From NCBI RefSeq assembly GCF_964204865.1, contig NC_135263.1:13702001-13766000 (forward strand): DNA of 64,000 bases, in the 5' to 3' direction. This DNA is from Styela clava (Eukaryota). Positions 12,119 to 26,646 of this stretch are shown here, piece by piece. Position numbers and translations under genes: made by a program. The notes below the pieces were generated by a model, which made no database searches, was not told the DNA's origin, and saw only the letters and a program-made list of their open reading frames with translations. Every line of letters begins with the position of its first letter. Positions within the stretch are counted from its first letter, which is position 1.

Positions 12119-13419
12119 ATGGATACATGAAATGTTCAAGTTACATGTTGTGAACTACCCGTGTAACAGACAATGGAATGAGTGAATTGCCAAAAAATAA
12201 ACAAACTCATAGGCCGTAATTGATGTTATCGTATCGGTATTGATGTATTGCGTTAGTCAACAGATACTGTAATATATTATCGGTACCGGTCCGAGTGTCT
12301 TTTAGGTGAAGATACGGGACTCATCAAAAAAGGAATGAATGACTATTAACTTTTAAGATTAGTTTTTCGTCATTGCAATGCTAGATTGTGTAATCAATAT
12401 AACAATAGAGCCAATCTTCAAAGGAAAACAAAATATTTTCCCCAAAAATAAAATTCTAGACGAAGCTGAACCTGGGGACCATCGTAACTCAATAGTACCG
12501 GTACCCGGACTGCCCTAGCTTTACCAGGTCCTGTAACAATGTCAATTCATGCGTTTTGTGTCAACATAAGATGAAATGATAAAGGATTTCGACTCACAGC
12601 TGCAGTATTAATTTAATGTACTTTTTACCATTTACAGCAACTCACCTTACCTCCCTAAAGTGCGTCACAGGTATCGAAAAACCATCTATTTCGCGTCGCT
12701 AGATTTTGCGTCACGCTTGGCGGATTAAAAACCGTCTTCCCATAAGAAAAAAATAATACAGCAAAATTTTGGATGAAATACTAAATCTCATAGAAAATTT
12801 AGGAATAAATAAACGGAATAGCAAAAATACGGTCTTTATCCCCTGAAAATTTCAAAGCAATTGGTTCATTAGTTAATGAAAAAGGCAATTTTTTTATACG
12901 GTAACAGAAAGAAGAAAATTCCATCAACAATAAAAAAAATCTATAGGTCCATTTCGTGTCCATTACCTAATTTTTTTATGAAGTAGGCAAACACAAAAGC
13001 AAGACTTTATTAACTTGAATCCCCGCGAAGAACAGGCCAAACTGTTGACGAGGAAATTTTGGTCTTGTTTATTTGTGAGCGCTCCAGCGTGTTAATTAAA
13101 GAAGATTAGCGAGAAACGACATTAATTAAAAAAAATTAGCGAAAGAAGGAGAAAATATGCGAAAAAAAATTCTCTCGAATATATACTATGCCCAATGTAT
13201 GTCAATTTCTTGTTTTACGCTAAAGTTGATGCTTTACAAACATATTAAATGGTAACGAAGACCCCCTGATTAGGAAAAATTGTCTAAGAAAGCCCCTTTC
13301 AACCAGGAAGTTGCTCTTGCCTGGTTTCGGGCTCACCGTTCTAAGTTAACGGCGATGTTGCTTATCAATGCTTTAATGTACAATTAAAAATTTATGACAA
13401 TTTAAAAATTATTTCCACC

Positions 13420-13550
13420 ATCTCTGTTCTTCTGAAAGTTGTGATAATTCCACCACGGCAAAATGCGAATATATCGATTCCGACATTGAAAATAAAGTCC
13501 ACAATTTGTAGAAGTCTTGGAATTCCGAGAAAACCTTGAAATCTCTTGCT
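13420..13550 (-). pseudogene. Degenerate remnant of a further sulfotransferase paralog (last exon); second copy ~48715-48850
   Basis: Minus strand reads RFQGFLGIPRLLQIVDF...(shift)...YIRILPWWNYHNF, versus RMQDFLGIPRLLQPGDF...YCIRPWWNGYDF in the last exon of the adjacent gene. Confidence 0.7.
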
Positions 13551-14479
13551 CTATTGCAACGGGTATATATAATAACATTGAAAGTTTAAAAAAATTTCAA
13601 TTCAAAAGCCTCAGATACAATTTTCATGCAACAATGACTATAATTTATCCATAAAGCCATTATCTGGAATGAAAACACAAAACAAAATAATGGAGACTTT
13701 TAGAGACTTTTGATTCTAATAAAAAACAACATTTATTTTGAGAAATTATTTGTAAAACTATTTATAAAGTTTCGCAATAAGGCACTAACCTTTTCGGATA
13801 GAACATAATCTTGTTCGAGCATCTTCCAAAAATTTGACATCTTGATTACTACTCCAAGTGAATATACTTTGCATCCTAAAAATATTAGAACATTGAAAAT
13901 ATGCTTCAAAATTATCGCCTCGTCTGCGCTGTAAACCTCATGGTTACACCGACTTGAAACATACAGCAGTCACATAAGATATTCGAATTATTCCTGTGTC
14001 GTAATTAAATTGAGTAGTTGGCAAGCAGGCCAAGCTTCGCTATTCAGCAGGTGAACTAGTCAAAACAAACTATAAAATATTTGACTTTGAGCTCTTTCGC
14101 AGTTTCTCACAACATGTTTGTACACTGATGACGACTTTATTCGAATTAATTAATGTACGATATCAGTAACATATAATATTTGTAATGAATCACGTCGTGT
14201 GAGCTTCCGGTAATCTGCCGTTAAGTCCGCTAACACACGTGAAGGCTCAAGCTGTAGACCGGTAATCAAATAGAACAGCAAAAGGTTGGCGACGTCAGGG
14301 TACAAAACGACGGCCATTTTTGTTTTCTCTCATATATATGTAATGTTAAACTGAAAGCACAATAGAGTTATATTTTAAACGCTAAAAATGAGCCCAAAAT
14401 ATAGAAGTTTCAGAAGATTAATTTAAATATACATATGTGTATGATAAAAGTGTTGGGTGGACGTGTGTAGACTGTAGAT

Positions 14480-15286
14480 CAGTGGTTCTCAACATGTGGT
14501 ACGCGGAAGGTGATCAAGTGGTACGCGAACAGCTTTAATTTATTGCAACAATTAACTTTTGAGTTGGCCAAAATATGCTGACCACGCTTTATCTTCCATA
14601 CTGTACCGCTGAACGGCCTTTATGAATGTTTCCCCGGGCATCAATTTCCTTGCTTATTTCCGTAACCAGCAATAATCAGTAAACATTGCTTTGTTTTTGT
14701 AGTTTTGTGTGTTATTTGTCAGTTTTTAGTTGCGTTTCAAAAAAAAATTGTGAATGTAATATCTTAATTGTCATTATGTCTTCAAAGGAACATTAATTTA
14801 GTTGTTGTAATCAAAAATGAGTCTCACAAATGGTGCGATAGACTAATTTAAACTAAGCTATCAGTGCCTGTAAGCGGCACATGGTTGATTGATTTTAATA
14901 AAAATGAGCGTTTTCAAACACATAAACCAGCTTATAAGCGCCAACACATAAAAACAATCTCAAAATGAGTATAAAATTTTTCGCAATATAAAGTATAGGA
15001 AGAATTTTTCTGGGGTCAAGGGTCGGAGAAACGTCCTATGGGCCAGTCCAGTCTTTAGAAATCGCCCTCGCCTGCTATTGTCCACGAACGAATCGAGGTG
15101 GGCATGTTTTCGTCCGTCTTGCGAATTAGGTCACTGAGGATGTAGTGCCACATTATAAAATACTCCCATAGCGCGTGTCTTGTGCCATTGTTCCACGCGC
15201 CAAAAAGGGGGGCTTTTTCAGTAGTACACGGCCAGAGTAAAAAACAGTAAAGTGGTACACGGTCAGTAAAAGGTTAGGAACCCCTG
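14480..15286. mobile_element. Non-autonomous hAT (Charlie-like) element 170 bp upstream of the sulfotransferase ATG (second copy 49779-50586)
   Basis: CAGTGGTTCTCAAC...GTTAGGAACCCCTG ends; perfect 8-bp TSD CTGTAGAT. Confidence 0.8.
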
Positions 15287-17445
15287 CTGTAGATGAACGA
15301 CTTGAAGTTAAAAGTATACAATTATGAGGCATCGTGGTTGGCATCGAAAATTCGCCGATAACTTTGTTCATAGACGAGTCTCCTCCGCAATGTACTTACT
15401 TTGTATACTACTCTGTATCTCTGTTTTACTAGTCATTAATTTGAAATCTTAAGCTATGAATTTTAGTAGACTATCGTTATTATTAATTATTTTATGTTCA
15501 ATGCTGATGTACTTCATATTCTACCTGTTCATATCAAATCACAACATCGGTGTCAGAAAGACTCAGGACCGTGACATTGAAGCAGGTAATGCAAGTTCAC
15601 GTTTATTGTGATGTATGGACCAAAAAATGGCTAATATCAGAGAAAATTTTTGTGAAGATGACAAAAGTAAAAGTTTCCCCGAAACGCTGATTATAGGAAA
15701 AAAATCTATGAAGAATATAAATACTACAATTGTAAATTATACATAATTTCAAACTAGTTCGAGTTTAGCTTGTAGAAATCTGGTTTTTTATAAAAGAGGA
15801 CATTGAAACATAGTGGCTAGTTTTTAACGTATAAACATCCCTGTATCTTGTCTGTGGGAAATTTGAGACTTCCTGCAGCACTACTTCATGACAACAAAAG
15901 ACTACAGATTTACATTGCGAAGAAGAAAAAAGTTACAGATCGAACTTGAAAATCTGCAAAGTAACTTACTATACGTTATCTAATCATGTGTTAGGCTGGG
16001 TTGTCCAAGAAATGGCGCAGTTTACTTGATGTGAGTGGCTTGTATTACATATATACTACTTTCTTCAAACTCCTAACTTTAATTTATTCCATAAACAGGA
16101 ATTACCATAGATGATCGTCTTCATATACGAATAGCTGAATGGAATCATTATTTAAAACTTTCGCAGAGTACGGTATGATATGAAGCAGTTTTCAGCAATA
16201 TACGATATGTGCAGGCATATTGTTAGTATATATACCGGTATATTAGTATTTTTACACACTAATGTTATAACTTTGGCGTTCTAAAATGCGTAATATGGCT
16301 AAAATAATATTGGTTTCAAGTTCTAATAGTCTTATTAGTTTAACAAGCAACAAAATCCTGAATTTGGACAACACATGGTACATATGTGTGTTTATTCTGA
16401 TTTTTATAACCTCTATGTAGAAGAAAACAAAACGACTGCCGAACATCATTGGAATAGGAGTCAAGAAATGTGGAACAGAAGCTATGATAACATTTATTCG
16501 ACAACATCCATTTATTAAAACGCCCAATTACAAAGAGACGTTTTTCTTCAACGAAAAATATGATAAAGGACTGGATTATTACAAGTAAGCCTTGTCTTAT
16601 TTTATTCCTGCAAACTGATATTTTTTCCTGTGCAATATTTTACTTCATATGATGAACAACATATTATATATATATATATGAAATCGATAAAGTCGTTGTG
16701 AAACTAAGAATCTAGTAAACGAGAAACGATTCCGCATTGTATGTTCACGTTCTAACAAGCTGTAAAATTTATTTTTTTGTGCGTAAGGTGATATTTTTAG
16801 AATACCGTTATTGAAAATTTCAATTTTGGAGTCAAATATGCGTTCCCATCATTACCAGTGGTGACCTGACTCCGGAACATCTCAACTGGGGTTTCTCTGA
16901 TTTATAGTTTTAACATTGACTTACTTGCATATTCGACAGACGGCCCTCTATATCAAGATGCGTCTGAATGCTTGTTTAGTTTAGTTTTTTAATATTATCA
17001 TTGAATGAAGAAAATAATATTCGTATATGAGTGAAAAAAAAATTTGGAATAATTTTTGGTCTATTAAAATGTACGTGTTGTTTGCAGTAACCAAATGCCA
17101 GAAGTTGCAGATGATGAATTGATCATGGAGAAAACACCACCGTATTTTAATTCTCCTCCGGAATCACTTCCAGAAATAATCAATAAGAATGTTCCAAACG
17201 CTAAATTGATATTAATACTGTGCGATCCAGTAAAAAGAAGCTACTCAGATTTCGTTCACGAGGTATCGTTTGCTAAAAAAAGACTAAGGACAATATCTTG
17301 ATAGTTCAATTCATGATGTGATGTTGGTAAAAACAAAAAATGAATTCACCGCTGGTTCATGCCATTGCGTTTGAAAATCCGCACAGCGAAATCAAGTTGC
17401 TTTTGTTTATGACATTATCTATCTATGTCATCATTGCAAACTAAC

Positions 17446-17914
17446 TATAACGGCTCAACGCCATACGATGGCGATGTGCTCGTTAGGGTGATTGGAATAA
17501 ATAGATCGTACAGGCACTTTATTTTTGATGACGCGGTTCTGTCTGAGTTCCTTTCAAAGTTCGAAACGATTGTCCAAAGATGTTTATTGTTGAGTCAAAA
17601 TAGTAGTCAAATAATGATGAAATAGTTGTCAAACAGTAATCCGGTAAAATACAGTGCTATTACACAGGAGGGACCAATAATAACTATACGAAACAGGAAA
17701 TAGAATTATATGATGTAAATTTAAACTACGCCTAACTAATAATACTAAAACCCCCCGATTGATTAAGATACAAATTTATACGTCCTACCTCCAAGCGGCT
17801 CACGCCGAAAGAGATCCCGCCAACACCAAAATGGTCAGGGTTCAATGCCCTAAGTTACCGTTGCCAGTTTAGTTACAATAAGAGCGGTCACTGTTTAGAA
17901 TCATGGCCGCTACA
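17446..17914 (-). repeat. 3' LTR (469 bp)
   Basis: Direct repeat of 24860-25442 apart from the insertion in the latter. Confidence 0.95.
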
Positions 17915-18364
17915 TGGCTCCCCAAATCAGTTCCTCTCGTATGGAAGTACTTGATAAAAACAAGAACCAACAAAGTGAAGCTTCGATGCCGGTGCACCAT
18001 TGAGCATTTCAAATTGAATAATGTCAAAACATAACGATTGGCTCCACCGTCGGGGAAACCCCACAAACAAGTAATAACAAGCGAAAATGAAAAACACTTT
18101 GCAGTTATGAAGGTTAAACAACGATTGGCTCTGCCGTCGGGAAAACCCCACATACAAGAAAAACAGAAAGCACTTTATAAAATTACAAAGGTATCAAATT
18201 GTGAGAAAAGTTGTAAACTCGTCAATTACGTTCAATAGAAACACACAAAGCATATGCAAATAGCAAAACACTAACACAATAAGAACGTAGTGATAAAATT
18301 AATCAACTACTAACACAGTAAATAAGTAAAATCAAATTACTAACAAAATAAAGGTGTAATGCAA

Positions 18365-21300
18365 TCAATCCTCCACAGACCTGGAACCCTCATTGGCAAT
18401 TAAAAGAACAAGCTTGTGTACAGGCCGGTCTAAATAAGCTGTGGCCCCAACCCGCTTACCATTGGTTGTTAACAAACTTGTGGCAAGCTGAAGTCTTACT
18501 TTACGCACTAGCCCATCACCACTGGGGAAAACCTCAACAACCCTTCCTAATTTCCATGAATTTCTAGGAGACCCATCCTCAATAACATGGACAATATCAC
18601 CCAGAGCAAGATTTCTCTTTGGAAAGACCCATTTCCGTCTTTCTTGCAAAAGGTGAAGGCATTCTCGTCGGTACCTGTACCAAAATTCATTAACAAGATA
18701 TTGTACACGTCTCCATCGTTTTAAAAGATACTGATCAGACTTTTGGAAATTACCTGGAGGTGGCAACAAAACCTTGGGCTTGAGTGTTAAAATGTGGTTA
18801 GGAGTCAGTGGCTCAGGTGCCAGAGGATCACTCAAATTAGCAACCGCCAATGGTTTCGAATTAACAACCTGCTCAGCCTCCACTAACACAGTGCGAAATG
18901 ATTCTTCGCATAATATGTGACCAAACTGTAAAAACAGGGGCTCCAAGGCAGAACGAACAGTTCGTATCTGCCTTTCAACAAAACCCTGCATATGACTCGA
19001 ATTTGGCACCCCAAATTTGAAATCCACCCAGTCACATTCACCCTGTAAGAGAAAGATTTTGATCTTGACTTGATCAAATTCCTTATAAGCCTTTCTTAAT
19101 TCGTTACTTGCACCAATGAAATTGCTACCACAATCCCAGCGTAGCTGTTTCACAGGGCCTCTTCGAGCAGTGAACCTACGCAAAGCATTGATAAAAGAGT
19201 CTGTGCTCATAGAATTCAGAGATTCTAGATGTACAGCTCGTGATGACAAGCAAATGAATAAAATTACCCATCGTTTCAACATGGACCTTTTTTCTTTAAT
19301 AAAAAAATGCCCAAAGATATCCATGCCACAATATGTGAACGAACTGTCAAAATCAAACCTATCTTTTGGCAGGTCAGCCATCTTCTGGCCATGTGGGTTA
19401 CCTCTAATTTTTTTACAAGGAACACAAGCATGTATTTGCTGAGAAACAGCAGAAGTGCCTCCCAAAATCCAATAACCAGATTGCCGTATAGCATTTAGGG
19501 TCATATAACGACCCATGTGGCCACCACGGACATGAAAATGGTGAATAATAATACTTGTGACATGACCTTTTCTAGGCAAGACAACAGGGTGTTTTACCTT
19601 AAACTCCTCTTGAGAGTTTCGAATTCGTCCCCCAACTCTGACAATGCCAGAGTTATCAAGGAAGGGGTCTAATCTTGAAAACCGGTTTTTAAATGAGACT
19701 TGATCTGAGCAAGCAGAATTCTTTAGTACACTTAGATCTTCACTAAAATATGAACGCTGAAGGGAAAATATAATTAAATTTTCCGCCTGGCACAAGTCAT
19801 CAGAAGTAACTTTCTGAAAGGCAGATTTAGGATTCTTGAGAAAATCCTTGTACCTAATACAGTTTGCAACTGCACGTTTTGCTTTAAACCAAGATGAGAA
19901 AACATTAAGTCTAGAGATATCAAAATCTTTGCCTGAACAGTCAGCTTTGAAGGCGATGGTTCGATGCACAGAGCATCCCTTCATCTCCTTCTGCACTTCT
20001 AACATTACTTCATCATTCTGTTCAGGCTTTACTAATGGAGGAACAAATTTTCCTTCACACCACAAAAACTCTGGCCCGTTCAACCACCTACAACCAGCAT
20101 TTAGCTGGTCTGCTTGCAAGCCTCGACTCGCATCATCACTCGGGTTTGCCTTGGTAGGTACATGATGCCAGGATGATGGACTAGAAAAATTATGGATAGT
20201 TTGCACCCTATTAGCCACAAAAACATTGAAACGTTTGCTCTCATTTTGTATATACCCCGAAACCACCATACTATCGACCCAGAAAAACTCTGTGGCATTT
20301 TTCAATTTTAGTTCAGTTTTAACCAAACTACTCATTCTGGCAGACACCACTGCTGCAGTCAATTCCAACCTGGGAATTGTAACATGTTTCAACGGAGCAA
20401 CTCTGGCCTTACCAATTACAAAGGCACAATGTGCTTTGCCACAATCATTAACCAGACGTAAGTATGTACACTGGCCATAACCACTTTCAGAGGCATCGGA
20501 AAAGTGATGCAGTTCCACATGCTTGACATTACCAAAATTTACCGGCTTATAGCAACGATCTACTCTCAAATTCACCAAATGACAAAGATCCTTTTGCCAT
20601 TTTTCCCATTTAACCCTGAAAATCTCAGGAATGGGTTCGTCCCAGTCATAACAATCCTTGCACAAGGCTTGGAGGATTTTCTTACCCTCGAGAATGACTG
20701 GTGCTACCAGACCTATGGGATCATACACACTACTGACTGTGGAAAGAATTCCCCTTCTTGTAACAGGAGTAACCTTCGAGTCAATACGAAAACACAAGCA
20801 ATCACTCTCCACTAACCAGTCCACACCCAGAGCTCTTTCAACAGGTAAGGGATCAGATTTTGGATCCAAACACTGTACACTAGGAGACACAGACAATTGA
20901 GGAACGCTTTCAAGAACCTCCCGACTATTAGACATTATCTTACAGAGATTTAAACCAGCATTCGAACACAAATTTGTGCTATTTTTTATCAACTCAATAG
21001 CATCCTCTGCATTTGGCTTTGAAGTCAGACCATCATCAACGTAAAATTCATTACGAATGAAATCTGCTGCTTCCTTACCAAAGGAAGACTCACCATCATC
21101 TGCAGCATGCTTTAACCCGAAACTTGCACAGCCAGGTGATGAAATTGCACCAAATAGGTGAATTTTCAACTTGTAATGGCATAAGTTACCAGTCATATCA
21201 CTATTATCCCACCATAAACGTAACAGATCACGGTGCGGTTCATCAACTAAAAATTGATGAAAAAATGCTTTAATATCACACTTCACAGCCACTCTCTCCA

Positions 21301-24300
21301 TACGAAATCTGAGCAAAATACCCAAAAGACTGTTCATCTGGTCAGGCCCAGGAAGCAAATAATCATTCAAACACACACCACCATATTTTGCAGAACAGTC
21401 AAACACAACACGAATTTTATCAGGTTTCTTTGGATGATACACACCCAAATGAGGAACATAATTCACTCTACCATTGCTCAAACTTACTTCATCATCAGGC
21501 ACCCGTTCAGCATAATTCTCAATGATGTCCGACATAAATTTATAATAATCATTTTTGTACTTCTGATCTCGAAGCATACGCTTCTTCAGCTGCCCATGTC
21601 TTTTTTGAGCAAGAGGCAAATTATTCGGAAGGTTGATTTGTTGGGATCGTAAAGGTAACGGAAGTTTGTAATGGCCATCCTTTTTAGTGATGCCATCTGA
21701 GAGAATTTTTAGAAACCTGTGGTCTTCTGCTGACATATTTTGTTGATTGCCACAGTGCTCAACAAAATCAGCATTAAACATCGAACACACCTGATTGGGA
21801 AGTAATACTTCTTTTACTTTAGTGGAGAAGACAAACTTCTCCACGGGATCGACTTTGGAAGTAGCACCACATGCTAGCATCCTATGACTTACATAGCAAT
21901 CATTATCACCATGGCAAACTTTTCCAATAACACCCCATCCAAGTATGGATCTTTGAGCATATGGCTCAGTTTCTAGACCGGCTATTATATCTCGAGGTCT
22001 GATAGCATTTGGTGCATTGCTGCCTATAAGCATAGAAACAGGGAGATCTGGCATATATGGCATTAAGTGCTTGGCTACATCAGCTAAATGTTTCCACTTT
22101 TTGCAGACTTCAGATTTGGGAATTTGAGATCTCTTGACAGGGATCTCATCTCGGGTATATGCTCTGGGAACAGATGTAATATCTTTATGATCATAACTAG
22201 AGACTTGAATATTTTTAAAAACCTTGCAACGAATTAAGTCATTGCAGCTGGACATAGTGGATAATGATATCTGGGTGTCAACACCCTGTAACCCCAGTTG
22301 CTGTAGCAACTCACCTGTGATAAAACTTGTTTTAGACTGGCCATCAAGAAGACAGTAACATAACACTTCTTTTGAAGTGTTACCTTTGACCCATACTGGA
22401 ATAATCATGGATTGGTCCACACCATCATGTTGGTCAACTATTGAGCATACTTCAGAACAGAAAGATTGGTTACTTTCAGTCTGTTCTGGCTTATTGTCAA
22501 CATGAAAACATGTCAAATGGCCCTTATTGCACTTTCTGCAAGAAGCCACGTTTTTGCAGGACTTTGCACTATGACCCTTGGACATTTTCACTTCACAAGA
22601 ATAACATAAAAAATTATCCCAGAACAGTTTCCTTCTTTTTACCAAAGTAATTCGTAAGAATGTTTGACAATCACCAATTTTGTGAGGCCCATTACCATGC
22701 AAGCAACTATCTCGTGAAACATTAGTGCTAAAGGAATTTTTATTCATTCGATGACCATATCTCGAATGATTAGACTTACTATTTTGCTCAGTATTATACT
22801 TGGACGGGTTGAAATTCTCATCAAAAACTGTCATCTTAGGACAATGCATCACTGAGGCACGATTTAAAATAAATTTTGCAAACTCCTCGAATGGAGGATA
22901 TTTGGGGCAGTTTACCTTCAAGTTATCAGAGGTGTTTACATTAAACTTACACTTCCATTCATAAACTGACTCTTTCCACCTGTTAAACAATGAAGAGGGC
23001 AAAACTCTTTTGATTAACGCACATAGCTCTGAGGGAAAATCGAGAATTTTTAAATCCTCTACAACCTTTTTAACCTCAACAATTTGCTGAAGGAAATCAG
23101 AAAATGCCAACATGCCTTTTATATCATTTGGGCCAATTTTAGGCCATGATGCCAGTTTTGTTCTAAAGGCTATACTAATGACACTGTCATCACCATAGCG
23201 ATCTTTTAAGGCCTTTTTAGCTCTTTCATAAGAATTCTCGGATTGTAATAAAAACAAACCTTCAACCATACTTTTGGGTTCACCTGTCAAGTGACGTTCA
23301 AGCAGATTCATTTTATCTGCGTCATCAAGCAACCTTTGCTCAACTAGCTTTTTAAATGAACTCTCCCATTGTGGATATTGCAATGGATCCCCATCAAACA
23401 CCCTAACTTTGGCTACAGGAGCTCTTTGGACTGATAAAATGTTACTCATTAAATTGGTCATATCATGGGAAAGATTGCAGGTCTGTGGAGGAAGAGCAGC
23501 ACTATTCACAGTGGGAACAGAGATATTATTATCATTACAATGAGTTGGTAAGCTGCCTGAATTGGCAGACACAGTGGTAGTTTGTGTACAACAGTTAAAG
23601 GGAGCACTAGCAAAACTAGATACATTTGAAACATTTTGTGATACATTAGAAACAGTAGGCACTGATGGACATGAATTTACATTAGGGGGTGGCAAAGAAA
23701 AGCTACCAACATTTACAACACCAGTGGAAATGGCATCTTGGGAAGCACTAACATTAGCAATGGATGGTCGGGGATTGATTACAGGACTATAGCTCGATGC
23801 TTGGCAGGGAATATCAACAACAGTGGATAAAACTTGATCATGATTAGAAATATCTGAATTATTTAGCTCCATTTGAGGATTAATAACCATGCACGCTGGG
23901 GCCTTATTTAAAATAGGAGATGATTTTGAATTTGCATTAAAACAATTATTATTAGGATTGAAATAATTATTTGCACCTCTGATTAGATCCACATCAACAC
24001 TGAAAGGATTTTCGGCCTCTTCAGCTTGAAGACAAACTAGCGCCCTGGCTTTTTTCTCCGCTATCTCTTTTTGAATCTGAAGTTCCTTTTCTTGCTCTAT
24101 TAGAAGAGACTGTTGTTTCTGAAGTTCCTTTTCTTGCTCCATTAGACGAGACTGTTGTTTTCGAATTTCTGTTGTGGCTTCCATCGCGGCAACTTCCTTT
24201 TGCAATTCGAAAAATTCCTCTTTTGCTGAGACTTTGCTTTGATGAGACAATGAAGATTTCACACTGGTTACAGATCGAGCAGAGCTGTGTCGCTTTGAAC

Positions 24301-24705
24301 TTGGATGATGCGATCGAGAACATTGGGATTTTTCTTCTAACTCTAATATTTTCGGGCTAGCAGTTTCAGAAACTTTTACGATATTGTTAATACATTGTTC
24401 ATAACGACAAATGAAATTATTCAATTCAGTTTCCTATAAAATGTTCTTCATATTTTTGACAATGGAGGATAAACTTGATTTGTACTGCACTAGTTTTAGA
24501 AACACCTCTTGGATACCAGAACTTTCCACTTCATGGAAGGCTGATTTCAATGAGTTACTATTTTCTTCACTGCTAGTGGTGACAGAAGTCATTTCAGCAG
24601 CAGAGAATATTTTGATTGGTTTGCTTTTTGAAGTTTCACATAGGGATGAGATTTCCAAACCATCTTTTGAATTAGCAATATGATTTCTTCAGATTTTGTT
24701 GACAT
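18365..24705 (-). CDS. BEL/Pao gag-pol polyprotein; 2019-codon open frame 18365-24424, N-terminus disrupted by TAG (24434-24436) and a probable frameshift near 24690
   Basis: Gag with three Cys/His knuckles, protease LLDGQS, RT YVDD, RNase H HFSDAS, integrase HH-CC and D-D-E (MDIFG / WDCGSNF / VERQIR), C-terminal WKLGRVVEVFPSGDGLVRKV typical of BEL/Pao. Confidence 0.9.
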
Positions 24706-24859
24706 GATTAGATGGTGGTAATCTAATTGCAGCTGATTACAGGATTAGGATAGGCCTACGCGGCCTTCTCAGCAGCACAACTTACTGATTATATGACGTT
24801 TTGCTGCAACAGTTGCAGATTTTGACAATGTCCTCCCGCGGTTTGATGGTGTATTTTAC

Positions 24860-25442
24860 TATAACGGCTCAACGCCATACGATGGCGATGTGCTCGTTAG
24901 GGTGATTGGAATAAATAGATCGTACAGGCACTTTATTTTTGATGACGCGGTTCTGTCTGAGTTCCTTTCAAAGTTCGAAACGATTGTCCAAAGCAGTTTC
25001 AGAAACTTTTACGATATTGTTAATACATTGTTCATAACGACAAATGAAATTATTCAATTCAGTTTCCAATAAAATGTTCTTCATATCTTTGACAATGGAG
25101 TAGTCAAATCAAATCAAAATAATCAAAATAGTAGTCAAATAATGATGAAATAGTTGTCAAACAGTAATCCGGTAAAATACAGTGCTATTACACAGGAGGG
25201 ACCAATAATAATTATACAAAACAGGAAATAGAATTATATGATGTAAATTTAAACTACGCCTAACTAATAATACTAAAACCCCCCGATTGATTAAGATACA
25301 AATTTATACGTCCTACCTCCAAGCGGCTCACGCCGAAAGAGATCCCGCCAACACCAAAATGGTCAGGGTTCAATGCCCTAAGTTACGGTTGCCAGTTTAG
25401 TTACAATGAGAGCGGTCACTGTTTAGAATCATGGCCGCTACA
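24860..25442 (-). repeat. 5' LTR (583 bp) carrying a ~107-bp inserted copy of gag sequence
   Basis: Same as the 3' LTR except that 24994-25100 copies 24361-24467. Confidence 0.9.
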
Positions 25443-26646
25443 CTAACTATATATAGATATGATTACTGCGTTGTAATTACCACAAAAATAATATTTTATC
25501 AAAGTTTTCGCAAACCATGAACATATTGGCTTCCCCCGTAAATATAAGAAGCTGATGCAAATTCCTCAAACATAAAAGTTAGCGATAAGCACAACATTTT
25601 TGTTACGAAAGAAACGCTATATCAGTTTTTACGAGTCTATGGGAACTGAATTATATTCTGAACCGACCATGCGAATAGAATATTTCAAATTTTTTTCACA
25701 ACAACTGTGACAAGTGAAAAAAATATATTATGTCAATTCCACAAACCTATTGAACACCGCAAGAGGTATTTAAATTCAGTTTCATTTGTGTTGTGTCGCT
25801 ATTGTTACATTTGGATTGGAGTAGCAATAAATGATGCCGCTTTTGTTGGCTATACAGAGTAGTTATATTCATTCTAATTATCAAAGTAAAGTCTATATTG
25901 CCGGGATAATCATTTGTTTTTCTCGTAGTTTGCCCTGGAATGAAATTGTCGAGTCAGAGAATTTTTTCGCAACAAAAAATGAGCCACGACAGAAAAAGGT
26001 TGAGAACCTCTGGCTTAGACCGTAAACCAGAAACCCTTATTTTTATCATAAAATGCTTTACTATGTTGTACATTTTTTTAAGGAAGACAATTCCTTTGTT
26101 TTGCAGAAAATAAAACCCCCCAATTTATCAACGGTGACTCAATACAATTCATTTGATGATTATTTGGATGTATACATCAACAGAGTGAAGACATCTTTAG
26201 ACAAAGATAACAATATAACAATAACAAACGTCATGTCAAGTTACAAAAATGATTATGCAACAACTCTTTTAACAACGGGACTATATTCAATTCATCTTCC
26301 TCGTAGATAAATACATTCAATTCATCTAATTTGCTCATTTTGAACGGAGAAAAAATGATTGAGGATCCAGGACATCAGGTTTGTGCACGATGTACGCTGC
26401 TAATCATTGTTTTACGAGCCCTTGGTGTTGCGTAAAGATGAGGTAAACACCACAGTTTGATTTAGTTCATTTGATTTCAGTATAATTCGTTTACCAGACT
26501 CAGGGTCAGGACTTGTATTGGTGATCATTCAACCATGCGATGACGTCATAGTCTTAAATGGTGTGATATTAAACTAAGAAAAAGTGCGTACGCAGAATTT
26601 GGTCGAGGGGCATATACAAAATTTATAGTTTCTGGCCGTATATTTT

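Larger units (their letters stand above)
17446..25442 (-). mobile_element. Full-length BEL/Pao LTR retrotransposon, recent insertion
   Basis: LTRs 17446-17914 and 24860-25442 (TG...TA on the element strand, ~4 substitutions apart). 5-bp TSD CTAAC (17441-17445, 25443-25447). PPT-like TTTGGGGAGCCA before the 3' LTR. Absent from the paralogous intron at 52461. Confidence 0.95.

Noticed and set aside
15879-15960. Possible extra sulfotransferase exon (DLHCEEEKSYRSNLKICK)
   Set aside because: The available AG/GT sites give a stop or a phase mismatch with the next exon; exon 1 joins 16099 in phase without it
18883-24360. Many short ORFs overlapping the BEL polyprotein
   Set aside because: Antisense or alternative-frame shadows of a long coding sequence
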